DNA from: Macrostomum lignano
Taxonomy: Eukaryota
Reading direction: 5' to 3'
DNA: 64,000 nt
Assembly (NCBI GenBank): GCA_002269645.1
Contig: NIVC01000887.1
Location: forward strand, 124,001 to 188,000
The position numbers and the translations under genes were made by a program. Positions within the stretch are counted from its first letter, which is position 1, and every line of letters starts with the position of its first letter. Positions 1 through 12,185 of this stretch are shown here, one piece after another. Under the pieces are notes generated by a model. The model was not told where the DNA came from and searched no databases. It saw nothing but the letters and a program-made list of their open reading frames with translations.

Positions 1-783
1 TAGAAATGGTAAAAAATACTAGAGCCATTACATTTTACATTGAAAAGGTAGAATGTGCATTTTTATGTCAAAATTTTTTATGTAATACAAATATAAATCT
101 GAATATAAATATACCTGTAATAATATGCAAACATGTAAAAAATGTCATCTGTGATCTGTATTCCCTTGTGTCTATAAAAATGTGTACAACAGCAATTTTA
201 TGCGACAAAATGATTATATCTATTTGATTCTTTATCTTTGGAGAAAATGGAATGGCTATTGCAAGGCCAAGAAATTTTTAAGCTGCAAAAAAACAACAAG
301 AAACAAAAAAGAAATATTTCCTTTCCTTTTTATTTACTCGCCAAAGCTAAATAAACAGCAGAATAATTGAAACATACTGGGCTGTAAATCTAACAAATAT
401 TAAGTTGAGCTGTGAAACAAAAATTAATGCATATTTGACATGGCTAAAATTTCTGCAGGTTTTGCTGAAAATGAAATATATTTCACAATTTCTGCATCCT
501 GGGTGGGCAAATTTCTGCAGCAAGTGGCAGCACTGCTCTCCAGACTCCATGTCCATAAATTTGCATTGTGAAATGACTAGTCTGAATTTACTATTCAGTT
601 CTGTCTGAAATTCAATAGTAGAATGCATTGCAATAAATGCTTGAATTCTTAGATAAAATGAAAAATTGCTGTATTGCAAAGGAAACTCAATTCTGGATTT
701 CATATTTTTGCTCACTTTTAGCACTTAATTGATGCCTATCCATACAACCAACTCCCATATATGCATGTCCGATTGCCTTCCAG

Positions 784-2223
784 GCCAGTCCGCACAACAC
801 CAGCAAGCAGCAGCGGGAGCTCGAGCAGGCCGCCAGGCGGGCGGAGCGCGAGCGCAAGCGGCTGCAAAAAGAGGCGGAGAGGCTGGCGAAGGAGGCGGAG
901 CGGCAGAAGCGAGAGGAGGAGAAGCGGCTGAAGAAGGAGGAGGAGCTGCGCAAGAAGGAAGAGGAGCGACAGGCGAAGGAGGAAGAGAAAAAGGCCAAAG
1001 AGGAGGAGCGGGCCAAGCTGAAAGAAGCCAAGGAGGAGGAGAGGAAAGCGAAAGAAGAAGAGAAAGCCAAGCTGAAGGAGGCCAAGGAGGAGGAGAGAAA
1101 GGCGAAAGAGGAGGAAAGGAAGGCCAAGGAGGACGAGAAGCAAAAGAGGCAGGAAGAAGAGCGCAGGCAGAAGGAGAAGCAGGCGAGTCTTCTGGCCAGC
1201 TTCTTCATCAAGAAGCCGGCAGCCTCCAGCGGAGCCCAGTCGGATGTCGGGGGTTCGAGTCAGACTGAGGAGGCGGCAGCGCCGGAGGAGAAGCGGCGCT
1301 TCATGCCGTTTCCGCTGCGCCGAGACGCCCGGCTGTGCCCGGCGATTCGCAGGGAGCCGCTGACTGAGTCGGAGAGAAATACCCTTGAGCAGTTTTTGAG
1401 CAGCGATGCAGCGCCGCAGGCTGAGTCCTACCTCACTGAGCTAAAGCATCGCCGGGGTCGCAGCTGCCCTCAGACCTGGCCACTTAGCGAGTTCCTGCAA
1501 GGCGGCTCCGATCCTGACGTTGTCATGGTGACGGAGACGCAGTCGCTGCGCAAGTGCAAGCTGTTGCAGTTCTGCGAGAACCACAGGCCCGCCTACTTTG
1601 GCACCTGGGGCAGGCGGAGCAGCGCCATCTCCGGCCGGAACCCGCTGAGCAGAGACGCGGCCACCCTGGACTACGATGTTGACAGCGAGGCCGAGTGGGA
1701 GGAGGAGGGTGAGGGCGAGGATCTGGACAGGTCCGAGGGAGATCCAGAGGAGGCTGGGTCGGATGATGATGACGAGGATGAGGCTGCCTTTGTTGTCCCC
1801 CACGGCTACCTGAGCGATGACGAAGGCGAGAACCCTGCGGAAGCTGAGGAGGAGGCTGAGGATGCTGAAACCAGGAAGAAGCGGCAGCAGCTGAGGCAGC
1901 GCGCGTTCGAGGAGAGCCAGCAGAGAAAAGTGCAGCGGCTGAAGCCGATTTTGTTCGGCATCAGCTTTGCCGAGCTCGCGGAGATCGCCGAGGAGGCGGC
2001 CTTCTGCTGCCACGAGGCTCTGCCAGTCGACTGCGACCCGCCACCCAGCCAGCCTCCGACACCTGATGAGGCTGGACGCAAGCGCCCGGGATCGGCCAAG
2101 CGGGCTCGCGGCTCCTCAGCCTCCGCCGCATCTCCGGCCGAGTCTGGGAAGAAAATGCGGCGCCCCATCACCGACTTTTTCCAGTCTCCGTCTTCCGGGA
2201 AAAAACTGCCTGTACAAAATTGA
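784..2223 (+). CDS. CHAF1A: Chromatin assembly factor 1 subunit A (CAF-1 p150), final coding exon; upstream exons lie outside the window
   Basis: The frame is open from the acceptor ttccag|GCC (783/784) to TGA 2221-2223, in frame with ORF 1303-2223. It contains a K/E/R-rich coiled coil (KER), a PIP-like LLASFF, then KLLQFCENHRPAYFGTW, LDYDVDSEAEWEEEGEGEDL and FVVPHGYLSDDEG, which are hallmark CAF-1 p150 motifs. Confidence 0.93.
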   Translation, partial: ASPHNTSKQQRELEQAARRAERERKRLQKEAERLAKEAERQKREEEKRLKKEEELRKKEEERQAKEEEKKAKEEERAKLKEAKEEERKAKEEEKAKLKEAKEEERKAKEEERKAKEDEKQKRQEEERRQKEKQASLLASFFIKKPAASSGAQSDVGGSSQTEEAAAPEEKRRFMPFPLRRDARLCPAIRREPLTESERNTLEQFLSSDAAPQAESYLTELKHRRGRSCPQTWPLSEFLQGGSDPDVVMVTETQSLRKCKLLQFCENHRPAYFGTWGRRSSAISGRNPLSRDAATLDYDVDSEAEWEEEGEGEDLDRSEGDPEEAGSDDDDEDEAAFVVPHGYLSDDEGENPAEAEEEAEDAETRKKRQQLRQRAFEESQQRKVQRLKPILFGISFAELAEIAEEAAFCCHEALPVDCDPPPSQPPTPDEAGRKRPGSAKRARGSSASAASPAESGKKMRRPITDFFQSPSSGKKLPVQN

Positions 2224-2489
2224 CTGACGTTTGCACCTGCCCTGCTGTTGCACTGGCATCTTGTGGCATCCTGTTGACCCTTTAGTGCATTTTTATGACT
2301 GGTTCAAGTTTGTTAGGACCCGAGTGAGCATTTGTTTAAAACAGGTTCTGGACACCTTCCGCCAAATAGCAGGTAAAATGCAGTTTGAACTAGCTTTACT
2401 ATGTTAAGGTTGGTAAAGGCAAAGCTTACAAGTTACTGAGTACTTCTGGGGATAATATTAAAACAGTTTTGGCGCGAATTTGAGTTGGA

Positions 2490-2700
2490 TTCTACGAATG
2501 GATGAAGCATTTTGGTAGATCTAAAGATTGTAAACGAATTTTCAAAAACGTGAAAAAACAACTGGCACTCAAAGCAGACTACTTCAGTATCTTTGATGGC
2601 ATAGACAACTGCAGTGCGAGGAAGCTACACTCGACTTTCCTAGAAATGAGTTGGAGGGCCGTTAAGAACGCATTTTTGTCGCATCGCCAGTGCATGTAGA
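2490..2700 (+). pseudogene. Possible decayed hAT-type transposase fragment
   Basis: ORF 2502-2699 reads CKRIFKNVKKQLALKADYFSIFDG, loosely resembling the hAT 'FSIxxDxxTD' region; surrounded by stops, no further motifs found. Confidence 0.25.
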
Positions 2701-4099
2701 ATGCTTTGGAGAAACTGGATTTTTGTCTATGACGAAACCCCATTCAGTGCTATGCGTTCTCTAGAACGACACAGACACCTTCCTTATGGTCCGGCCCTTT
2801 AGCTCATTTCTAAGAAAGCCAAGTGTAGCGTCATTCTAATGAACTTCTACTAATGTAGCATGAGCTATCATTACCACTGGGTAGTTGGAGTAGATTTTGA
2901 TGCCTTTGTCGAATTGTCTACTCGAGTTTTACAAAGGGAACTGTTTTATCACTTGCTCACCCTTTCTTCAGTATATAATGTAAATTTTTCCGTTGCAGCA
3001 TTTCAGTGCTCAGAATCTACAATTTACAAGCCAGTTTTTGTAATTTTATCGGCACTCTGTTCTGTGTTCTTTTTCACGATATTGTCATTTCTGTTGCGAT
3101 GGCAATAATTTTATATATATATATATATAGTATATATATAAATATATATGAATCTTAGTCACCGGCTATTTAATTATTTTCGTGTAAGTAGGTAAATTCA
3201 TTTCACTACTGGTTCTTTTACGGTAATTTTCTTGAATTGTTTCTTTTTTAGTGCTTTTTTATTTCACATGGAGCCCGAGGTGATGGAAGATTACGGCAAC
3301 ACACAGATGTTCATCGGAATGGCAAATGAGCTGACGGAGTCGTGGCTGGCTTGGATTGTCACAGTGAGATAGTCTGTGGGCCAAACCCCGGCTCCCATAG
3401 CAGCGATGGTTATATAGCTGAGATTGAATTGTCACAGTGAGATAGTCTGTGGGCCAAACCCATCTTAAATGCGGTACGCCGGTATAAGAGTCAGGAAACA
3501 CCGAATAAAAGAGGCTTAAGAACTCACCGTCAAAATATTCGGCTATGCAACTCGCCATGCCTCGCGCTTTTCTGGACTTTCGGGAATGAATAAATTGTCG
3601 TGTTCTCATGGCTTACTTTTGTTGTTTGAGCAGCAACTAAATACGCTGTACTTTCTAGGCATTGGATATTTTCCGTCAAAAGGGCTTTTTATTCGCTTCT
3701 CTCGCACCTGCTACATTTTCGTGTAGCCATCAATCTTCTATATATTCTGTGCCTCCAACTCAAAGCCATGATTTTCGAGTTTACAGTCCTGATTGATTAG
3801 GTTTTCCTTGGCTCTAATTTGATTTAAGAGTGGCTGAGATTCAAAAGTGCAAAAATCTCTGCATTATTAAGAATAACTAGATATTTTACCTACTCGTAAA
3901 CAAGCTATTAAATTTGAGTTATTTAAATAATAAAAATAGCCTTTTTGACAACCGGGCTTACAATGTATTCATGGCTCTCTCTTCATTGCCGCTCTCCAAC
4001 AATACTTCTAACTGTTCTCAGCAAGCTTGTGAGGATTGCAACGCCTGTTTGCTTTGCAACTCGGAATTCCCAGAAAGTGAGACATTGTGAGTTTAGTGT

Positions 4100-4259
4100 T
4101 TACCCGCTAATGCTGGTACCCATTTTACACCTTGGTGAACTGAAGCAATGCAGAGTCAAGTGCTTTGCTTAAGGACACCAATCGTTGAGGGTCGAGAATA
4201 GAACCACCGACCTTTCATTCGTGAGTCCGACGCTCTGACCACTAGGTAACAACCCCCTG
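4100..4259 (-). mobile_element. Diverged tRNA-derived SINE fragment
   Basis: Shares gcaatgcagagt..aaggacac and gtgagtccgacgctct(g/a)accacta with the SINE at 57221-57505; degenerate A/B-box head on the minus strand. Confidence 0.65.
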
Positions 4260-4941
4260 TAAGTTTAAAGGTTACATACATCCAGTGAACGCTGCGCAAA
4301 GATGAATAATAACACAAAAGAATCGCTCCTGTTTGTTTTTGCAATCCTGGTGCAACCAAGAAAATTTTCAATAAGAAAAATTAACGCTACGATAATTAGC
4401 CTATATAAATAACAATACGGGTATATAATAATATTGCCAAGATAGATTTTTGTGCTTTATTTTCAATGTTCTTAGAAGCGTAAGTGACTTTTGGGCGGAC
4501 AGAGGAGACAAAAGTAGTTAAAGCAAGACACATAAAGCACACAGGATACAATAGAGCAAATATTGTCCATTCCAAATAGTTATAATCTTCACTAGAATAG
4601 AATAGACAGTGAGACAATTCGGGATAGCAAAAATCCGGCTGCTGGAACACAGACAACGTAGGAAGGTCACTCGGTGCAATGTTGGGGCACATCTGCGCAC
4701 AGCTTTGGTGTGAGCCAATTTGCACCGCACGGCACAGGATATTGGTGCGCAGGCGGAGAACAGGTGAAGCAAAATACATAATTAAACTACATACAAAATG
4801 AAGGCGGGATAGCCCACCGCGAACAACAACTTGGCGTTCGTTTTTGTACGTCATCTGCATCTATTTCACCATTGTGGCAAAAATTCAATTATGAATCTCT
4901 TTGGAAATATTTTCCCTAAAGGCTCGATGGGCAAGGCAAGT

Positions 4942-5522
4942 ATCTCCCTGAAGGATGAGTGGGGAAGGTAAAAATCTGCCTGAAGGATGGGTGGGGAAGG
5001 TAAACATCTGCCTGAAGGATGGGTGGGGAAGGTAAACATCTGCCTGAAGGATGGGTGGGGAAGGTAAAAATCTGCCTGAAGGATGGGTGGGGAAGGTAAA
5101 GATCTCCCTGAAGGATGGGTGGGGAAGGTAAACATCTGCCTGAAGGATGGGTGGGGAAGGTAAACATCTGCCTGAAGGATGGGTGGGGAAGGTAAACATC
5201 TGCCTGAAGGATGGGTGGGGAAGGTAAACATCTCCGTAAAGGATGGGTGGGGAAGGTAAAAATCTCCCTGAAGGATGGGTGGGGAAGGTAAACATCTGCC
5301 TGAAGGATGGGTGGGGAAGGTAAACATCTGCCTGAAGGATGGGTGGGGAAGGTAAACATCTGCCTGAAGGATGAGTGGGGAAGGTAAACATCTGCCTGAA
5401 GGATGGGTGGGGAAGGTAAACATCTGCCTGAAGGATGGGTGGGGAAGGTAAACATCTCCGTAAAGGATGGGTGGGGAAGGTAAAAATCTCCCTGAAGGAT
5501 GGGTGGGGAAGGTAAACATCTC
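4942..5522. repeat. 32-bp G-rich minisatellite (~18 copies)
   Basis: Unit ctgcctgaaggatgggtggggaaggtaaacat repeated in tandem with point variants. Confidence 0.97.
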
Positions 5523-6059
5523 AACAGGCGACAGTAAGCAACAGGCAGTGCCCAGGCAGTCCAGCATCTACAAACCTGTGCGATTAATGATCAACAGACA
5601 ATGATCGGAGGAGCAATGTGGGGCACCACAAGTCGCAAAACAAACAGTAAAGGAAGCTGCAAAAACAGCTTATAAGCTTGTACAAAGCAGACAGGACTAT
5701 GCTTTATGTTCCTATTTGAGCTAAAATATACGTGTAAGAAAAAAGAATCAACGATTGCGAAACTGCGGCAGTTCAAACACTCAAATTGGCGCCTTTTTAT
5801 GCAAAAAATTTGAACAAAGCAAACTTGTTTAATTTAACTAAGTGCGATTAATAAAATAGACGCTAATACCTATTTAAATTTGCAAAAGGTGAGTAGCTGA
5901 ATGACACAATTAAACTGAAGGAGTCGATACCTAGCATACAATAAAATGTTTGCACCTTGTGTTTCATGAGATTGTATCATATGTATTATTGGCAATCGAT
6001 GATCGTTTCTAATTGAACTGAAGTCCCATAAAATCTGGAAGTGACTGCAGCTTTACATG

Positions 6060-6665
6060 AGGATCTGGGAGGGTGGCTGCTGCTCAACCTGAGGATCTGG
6101 GAGGGTGGCTGCTCAACCTGAGGATCTGGGAGGGTGGCTGCTGCTCAACCTGAGGATCTGGGAGGGTGGCTGCTGCTCAACCTGAGGATCTGGGAGGGTG
6201 GCTGCTCAACCTGAGGATCTGGGAGGGTGGCTGCTCAACCTGAGGATCTGGGAGGGTGGCTGCTGCTCAACCTGAGGATCTGGAAGGGTGGCTGCTGCTC
6301 AAGTTGAGCATCTGGGAGGGTGGCTGCTGCTCAACCTGAGGATCTGGGAGGGTGGCTGCTCAACCTGAGGATTTGGGAGGGTGGCTGCTGCTCAACCTGA
6401 GGATTTGGAAGGGTGGCTGCTGCTCAAGTTGAGCATCTGGGAGGGTGGCTGCTGCTCAACCTGAGGATCTGGGAGGGTGGCTGCTCAACCTGAGGATTTG
6501 GGAGGGTGGCTGCTGCTCAACCTGAGGATTTGGAAGGGTGGCTGCTGCTCAAGTTGAGCATCTGGGAGGGTGGCTGCTGCTCAACCTGAGGATCTGGGAG
6601 TGTGGCTGCTGCTCAACCTGAGGATCTAGAAGGGTGGCTGCTGCTCAACCTGAGGATCTGGGAGG
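6060..6665. repeat. 29/32-bp minisatellite (~19-20 copies)
   Basis: Unit ggatctgggagggtggctgct(gct)caacctga; length variants differ by one gct. Confidence 0.97.
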
Positions 6666-7486
6666 ATAGCTTCTATTCAATAGAGAAATTATAAAACAGA
6701 ATTCCACATGCAACACAGAGAACAAACTATGAGCGTAATTAGGGCTTGTGTAAGACGGCCCCAATGTCTGTGGGCGCAGTTAAAAAAGCAAATAAGTTAG
6801 GAATCACTATGGGGAGAACAGAGGCGGCTTGACTGGCACAGCGCTTGGTCGGCATTGCACACGGGCCTGCGTACTGTATTGGAAAAATAAAGTTTTATAA
6901 TAACAGCAATTATTCTAGTAGAGCACGAGGACACATTATGGTTTCTGTATTATTTTTATTCATTAAACAGTACAATTACAATATATAGTAAACAAACTGC
7001 CGAAGTACAATGCAATATGCACTGTACAATAATAACAAGATGCAGAAAATGAACAACAATAATGCGCACAGCATACTACTGACTGCGTGCGCGAGAGAGA
7101 CGTATTACAACTTGCGTGTGTAGAAAATAGGGCAAACTTATGCGTACACAGAATGACCAAATAAATTAGATGATGGGAAAATAAAACTCGAGCATATTAT
7201 TCAATATTTAGCGGCCAGGGAACAATGGAACTTTGAGCCTTGCTTCCTTCGTGGAGACGAGAAAAACGAGCCAACTTAACACAAATCTTGGGGTCATTTA
7301 GTGCACTCGAAACAGCATTGGATGGATCGATCGAAGTTCATCGCGAGCGCACAGAATACTGCTGCGATAGCTAGACGCAATGAATATTGCCGCGTGCACA
7401 CCTACGTACAAAACATGTATTGTAGTTAGTACTAGAAGTAAGATAAGAGGGTAGCATGCAAAATTGTGGCGAGTTCAGGGGAAGGC

Positions 7487-7587
7487 AGACAGACAGACCA
7501 GACAGACACTGAGACAGATACACAGATAGATAGATAGACAGAAGGACAGAGACGGATAGACAGAAAGACATCAATACAGGCAGAAAG

Positions 7588-7630
<43 letters not shown>

Positions 7631-7631
7631 G

Positions 7632-7663
<32 letters not shown>

Positions 7664-7684
7664 CACAGACAGACTGACAGACAG

Positions 7685-7728
<44 letters not shown>

Positions 7729-7729
7729 G

Positions 7730-7777
<48 letters not shown>

Positions 7778-7794
7778 CACAGACAGACAGACAG

Positions 7795-7830
<36 letters not shown>

Positions 7831-7863
7831 CACAGACAGACAGACAGACAGACACACAGACAC

Positions 7864-7914
<51 letters not shown>

Positions 7915-7963
7915 CACAGACAGACAGACAGACAGACACACAGACAGACAGACAGACAGACAC

Positions 7964-8002
<39 letters not shown>

Positions 8003-8005
8003 TAC
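7487..8005. repeat. (GACA)n microsatellite
   Basis: Long cagacaga tract with caca/ggac interruptions. Confidence 0.97.
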
Positions 8006-8433
8006 AGACCCTAAAAAATTAGTAGATAAAAAACCAGTGAAGCAAGCATAACAAAAATAATTCCTTAGCAATGGAAACATATGGACATATAGAAATAAAT
8101 TTATCGCTAGTTGAAGCTGGCGGCATAACGGATGGCCTAAATGCCGGCTTACTAACATGAGTTATAATAGTTTTTGAAAAAATAAGATAGCACAGTTATT
8201 TTCTATAGGACTCAAAGGGCCAACAAGTTACAGGGACCCTCCAACCTCACAAGGCAGCAAGCACAAATTTCTGTTGGGCCAAAAACTAGATTTAATATGA
8301 ATAATTTAAGTTTACTTGGAATATTTAAATAGCAACACTCGAACGGAACATCTATAACATTAATAGTTAATAGTTAATAATGAAGTAAAAAAATAATTAG
8401 AATTTAGAATGGACCAACAGGTAAAATTCTGAT

Positions 8434-8749
8434 TTAATTGTGCGGCGACACAACCAAATAGAGGTTGTTAGTGGCTGCCAGGGCAACGCAGTTATGCTTT
8501 GGATGACAGGCCAGGTGCAGGATCTTCTTCTGCAGGTCCAAGCTGTCGGCTGTCAGCAGTTCGGCGTGCTGGCCGGCGCCGCTCTGCGCTGCAGCAGCCT
8601 TGGCCGCCGCGGACAGGACCACACGGCGGGGCTTCAAGTCGCTGCCGGGCGCCACGCCCTCCCGGCTGGCCTCCAGGGTGACGTCGGCGCCGCCAGACTG
8701 GCGATCGAACACGCGCCACAGGTTGTTGTAGGAGCCGGTGAGCACCAGC
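8434..8749 (-). CDS. PPP2R2: PP2A regulatory subunit B55 (PR55), exon 3 (last)
   Basis: Acceptor ctctcag|G; encodes LVLTGSYNNLWRVFDR..LEASRE..DSLDLQKKILHLACHPKHNCVALAATNNLY, the B55 C-terminus; phase matches exon 2. Confidence 0.93.
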
Positions 8750-8862
8750 CTGAGAGCGGGTTGGGGGGGGGAGGTTAAGTAGGATTGACTGCGCAAGGGT
8801 ACTTGATAATGCTCGGGGCGGTTGATGATAACTAGTAATTCAGCTGGTTACTATTTACAATA

Positions 8863-10195
8863 TCATTCAGGTACTCAGATAATTCAGGTACTCAGATAAT
8901 CCAGGTACTCAGATCATTCAGGTACTCGGATAATTCAGGTACTCAGATCTTTCAGGTATTCAGATCATTCAGGTACTCAGATCATTCAGGTACTCAGATC
9001 CTTCAGGTACTCAGATCTTTCAGGTATTCAGATCCTTTAGGTACTCAGATAATTCAGGTACTCAGATCATTCAGGCACTCAGATAATTCAGGTACTCAGA
9101 TAATTCAGGTACTCAGATAATTCAGGTACTCAGATAATCCAGGTACTCAGATCATTCAGGCACTCAGATAATTCAGGTACTCAGATAATTCAGGTACTCA
9201 GATAATCCAGGTACTCAGATCATTCAGGTACTCGGATAATTCAGGTACTCAGATCTTTCAGGTATTCAGATCATTCAGGTACTCAGATCATTCAGGTACT
9301 CAGATCCTTAAGGTACTCAGATCTTTCAGGTATTCAGATCCTTTAGGTACTCAGATAATTCAGGTACTCAGATAATTCAGGTACTCAGATAATTCAGGTA
9401 CTCAGATAATCCAGGTACTCAGATCATTCAGGCACTCAGATAATTCAGGCACTCAGATAATTCAGGTACTCAGATAATTCAGGTACTCAGATAATCCAGG
9501 TACTGAGATCATTCAGGCACTCAGATAATTCAGGTACTCAGATAATTCAGGTACTCAGATAATCCAGGTACTCAGATCATTCAGGCACTCAGATAATTCA
9601 GGTACTCAGATAATTCAGGTACTCAGATAATCCAGGTACTCAGATCATTCAGGTACTCGGATAATTCAGGTACTCAGATCTTTCAGGTATTCAGATCATT
9701 CAGGTACTCAGATCATTCAGGTACTCAGATCCTTCAGGTACTCAGATCTTTCAGGTATTCAGATCCTTTAGGTACTCAGATAATTCAGGTACTCAGATCA
9801 TTCAGGCACTCAGATAATTCAGGTACTCAGATAATTCAGGTACTCAGATAATTCAGGCACTCAGATAATTCAGGTACTCAGATCATTCAGGTACTCAGAT
9901 CATTCAGGTATTCAGATAATTCAGGTACTCAGATCTTTCAGGTATTCAGATAATTCAGGTACTCAGATCTTTCAGGTATTCAGATCCTTCAGGTACTCAG
10001 ATAATTCAGGTACTCAGATCTTTCAGGTATTCAGATAATTCAGATACTCAGATCATTCAGGTACTCAGATCATTCAGGCACTCAGATCATTCAGGTGTTC
10101 ATATCATTCAGGCACTCAGATCATTCAGGTATTCAGATCATTCAGGCACTCAGATCATTCAGGTATTCAGATCATTCAGGTACTCAGATAATTCA
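8863..10195. repeat. 17-bp minisatellite (~1.3 kb) in B55 intron 2
   Basis: Unit ataattcaggtactcag with variants atcattcag/atctttcag/gcactc/gtattc. Confidence 0.97.
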
Positions 10196-10589
10196 TGTAC
10201 CATAACAGTACTTCGGGGGCTACAGATTTCGCAATCACATCAGTTAGCAGCAGACAAGAATTTAAAAAGCCAGAGCAGACCAAAAGACGCAGACTTGCAA
10301 AAGCCTTTGCTAATTGCGCAAAGCAGAATAAAATTAGTGAAGCAAAATCAGCGAGACGGCAGCACCTGCTCGAGCTGAACAGGCTTTGATAAGAGAATAT
10401 GCGGAATCCAGCCAAGAATGCACTGAGCGCAGCTGAAGAAGCGCTAATTAAATGTAAATCACTTGATTCAAGCGCTCTGTGGTCTGTTCGACCAGAAATT
10501 GAGAAATTTCAACAACAAACAGATTTCGCAGCCACACATTTGAAGAGCAAAGAGTACTAAATAAGTAGTGCCAGTACCGCTATGCTCTG

Positions 10590-11216
10590 ATGGCCTCTCT
10601 GTCTCGCCATTCTAAGCTTCCTTCTCTGGATTCTCGCCCCTTAATCTCCCTGCCTCCTGCTCTACTTCTCTCGATTCTCCTATCTCAATCTCCCTGTCTC
10701 CTGCTCTACTTCTGTCGGTTCTCACCCCTCAATTTCCCCGTCTCCTGCTCTACTTCTCTCGGTTCTCACCCCTCAATCTCCCTGTCTCCTACTCTACTTC
10801 TCTCGGTTCTCACCCCTCAATCTCCCTGTCTTCTGCTCTACTTCTCTCGATTCTCACCCCTAAATCTCCCTCTCTCCTGCTCTGCTTCTCTCGGTTCTCA
10901 CCCCTTAATCTCCCTGTCTCCTGCTTTACTTCTCTCGGTTCTTACCCCTCAATCTCCCTGTCTTCTGCTCTACTTCTCTCGATTCTCACCCCTAAATCTC
11001 CCTCTCTCCTGCTCTGCTTCTCTCGGTTCTCACCCCTTAATCTCCCTGTCTCCTGCTTTACTTCTCTCGGTTCTTACCCCTCAATCTCCCTGTCTTCTGC
11101 TCTACTTCTCTCGATTCTCACCCCTCTATCTCCCTGTCTCCTGCTCTGCTTCTCAGGATTCTCACCCCTCAATCTCCCTGTCTCCTGCTCTGCTTCTCTG
11201 GATTCTCGCCCCTTAA
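10590..11216. repeat. 44-bp CT-rich minisatellite with a 132-bp (3-unit) higher-order repeat
   Basis: Unit ctccctgtctcctgctctacttctctcggttctcacccctcaat; the variant taaatctccctctctcc recurs at 10861 and 10993 (132 bp apart). Confidence 0.9.
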
Positions 11217-11276
11217 TTTCCGTTTACTACTCTCTTTCTTCAACTTCAACGTCACCAATCTGTGACTTGAGCTCAC

Positions 11277-11412
11277 CTGTCGTCGCCAGACCAGCAGCAC
11301 TCGAATTTATCAAAGATGCTGTCATTCTCGTACAGAGCGCACAGGTTTCGCCTGAAGTGCTCGTGCACCGGGTAGACCTCCACGGGTTTGGTTGCCATGT
11401 TCAGGTCCCACA
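11277..11412 (-). CDS. PPP2R2: PP2A regulatory subunit B55, exon 2
   Basis: ttttag|TG TGG GAC...GAC GAC AG|gtgag; encodes (V)[44 protein letters not shown](R); 136 nt, phase 1 to phase 2, joins both neighbours in frame. Not present in the supplied ORF track. Confidence 0.93.
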
Positions 11413-11504
11413 CTAAAACGTGAACAAAGAAATATAGCAGTGTTGTAGTCAAAAGGAGGCTACATATACACAGGCGGAAAGTGGGACGATAAGACTGGTA
11501 GATG

Positions 11505-12185
11505 GAGTGGGAGAGGAGGGAAGGGAAAGAAGAGGAGGGAGAGAAGGGGAGGGAGAGAGGGGAGGTAGAGAAGGGGAGGGAGAGAAGGGGAGGGAGAGAG
11601 GGGAAGGAGAGAAGGGGAGGGAGAGAAGGGGAAGGAGAGAAGGGGAGAGAAGGGGAAGGAGAGAAGGGGAGGGAGAGAAGGGGGAAGGAGAGAAGGGGAG
11701 AGAAGGGGGAAGGAGAGAAGGGGAGGGAGAGAAGGGGGAAGGAGAAAAGGGGAGAGAAGGGGGAAGGAGAGAAGGGGAGGGAGAGAGGGGAGGTAGAGAA
11801 GGGGAGGGAGAGAAGGGGAGGGAGAGAGGGGAAGGAGAGAAGGGGAGGGAGAGAAGGGGGAAGGAGAGAAGGGGAGAGAAGGGGGAAGGAGAGAAGGGGA
11901 GGGAGAGAAGGGGGAAGGAGAAAAGGGGAGAGAAGGGGGAAGGAGAGAAGGGGAGGGAGAGAAGGGGGAAGGAGAGAAGGGGAGGGAGAGAAGGGGGAAG
12001 GAGAGAAGGGGAGGGAGAGAAGGGGGAAGGAGAGAAGGGGAGGGAGAGAAGGGGGAAGGAGAGAAGGGGAGGGAGAGAAGGGGGAAGGAGAGAAGGGGAG
12101 GGAGAGAAGGGGGAAGGAGAGAAGGAGAGGAAGAGTAGGGGAGGGAGAGAAGGGGAAGGAGAGAAGGGAAAGGAGAAAAGGCGAG
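11505..12185. repeat. Polypurine (GGGAGAGAAGGGG-type) low-complexity tandem repeat
   Basis: Almost exclusively G/A on the + strand, with ~13-bp subunits. Confidence 0.95.

Noticed and set aside
687-1268. ORFs 729-1268 (+), 687-1211 (-) and 736-1143 (-)
   Set aside because: Alternative-frame or antisense shadows of the CHAF1A KER region; the real frame is 784 onward.
3355-3461. Two identical 34-bp direct repeats with a 39-bp spacer (CRISPR-like geometry)
   Set aside because: Only two repeats, eukaryotic context, no cas genes; best explained as a small local duplication.
4866-5567. Long repetitive ORFs (MFTFPTHPSGR...)
   Set aside because: Translations of the 32-bp minisatellite, open in all three frames with no unique domain.
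7371-8158. SVCL-repeat ORFs
   Set aside because: Microsatellite artefacts.
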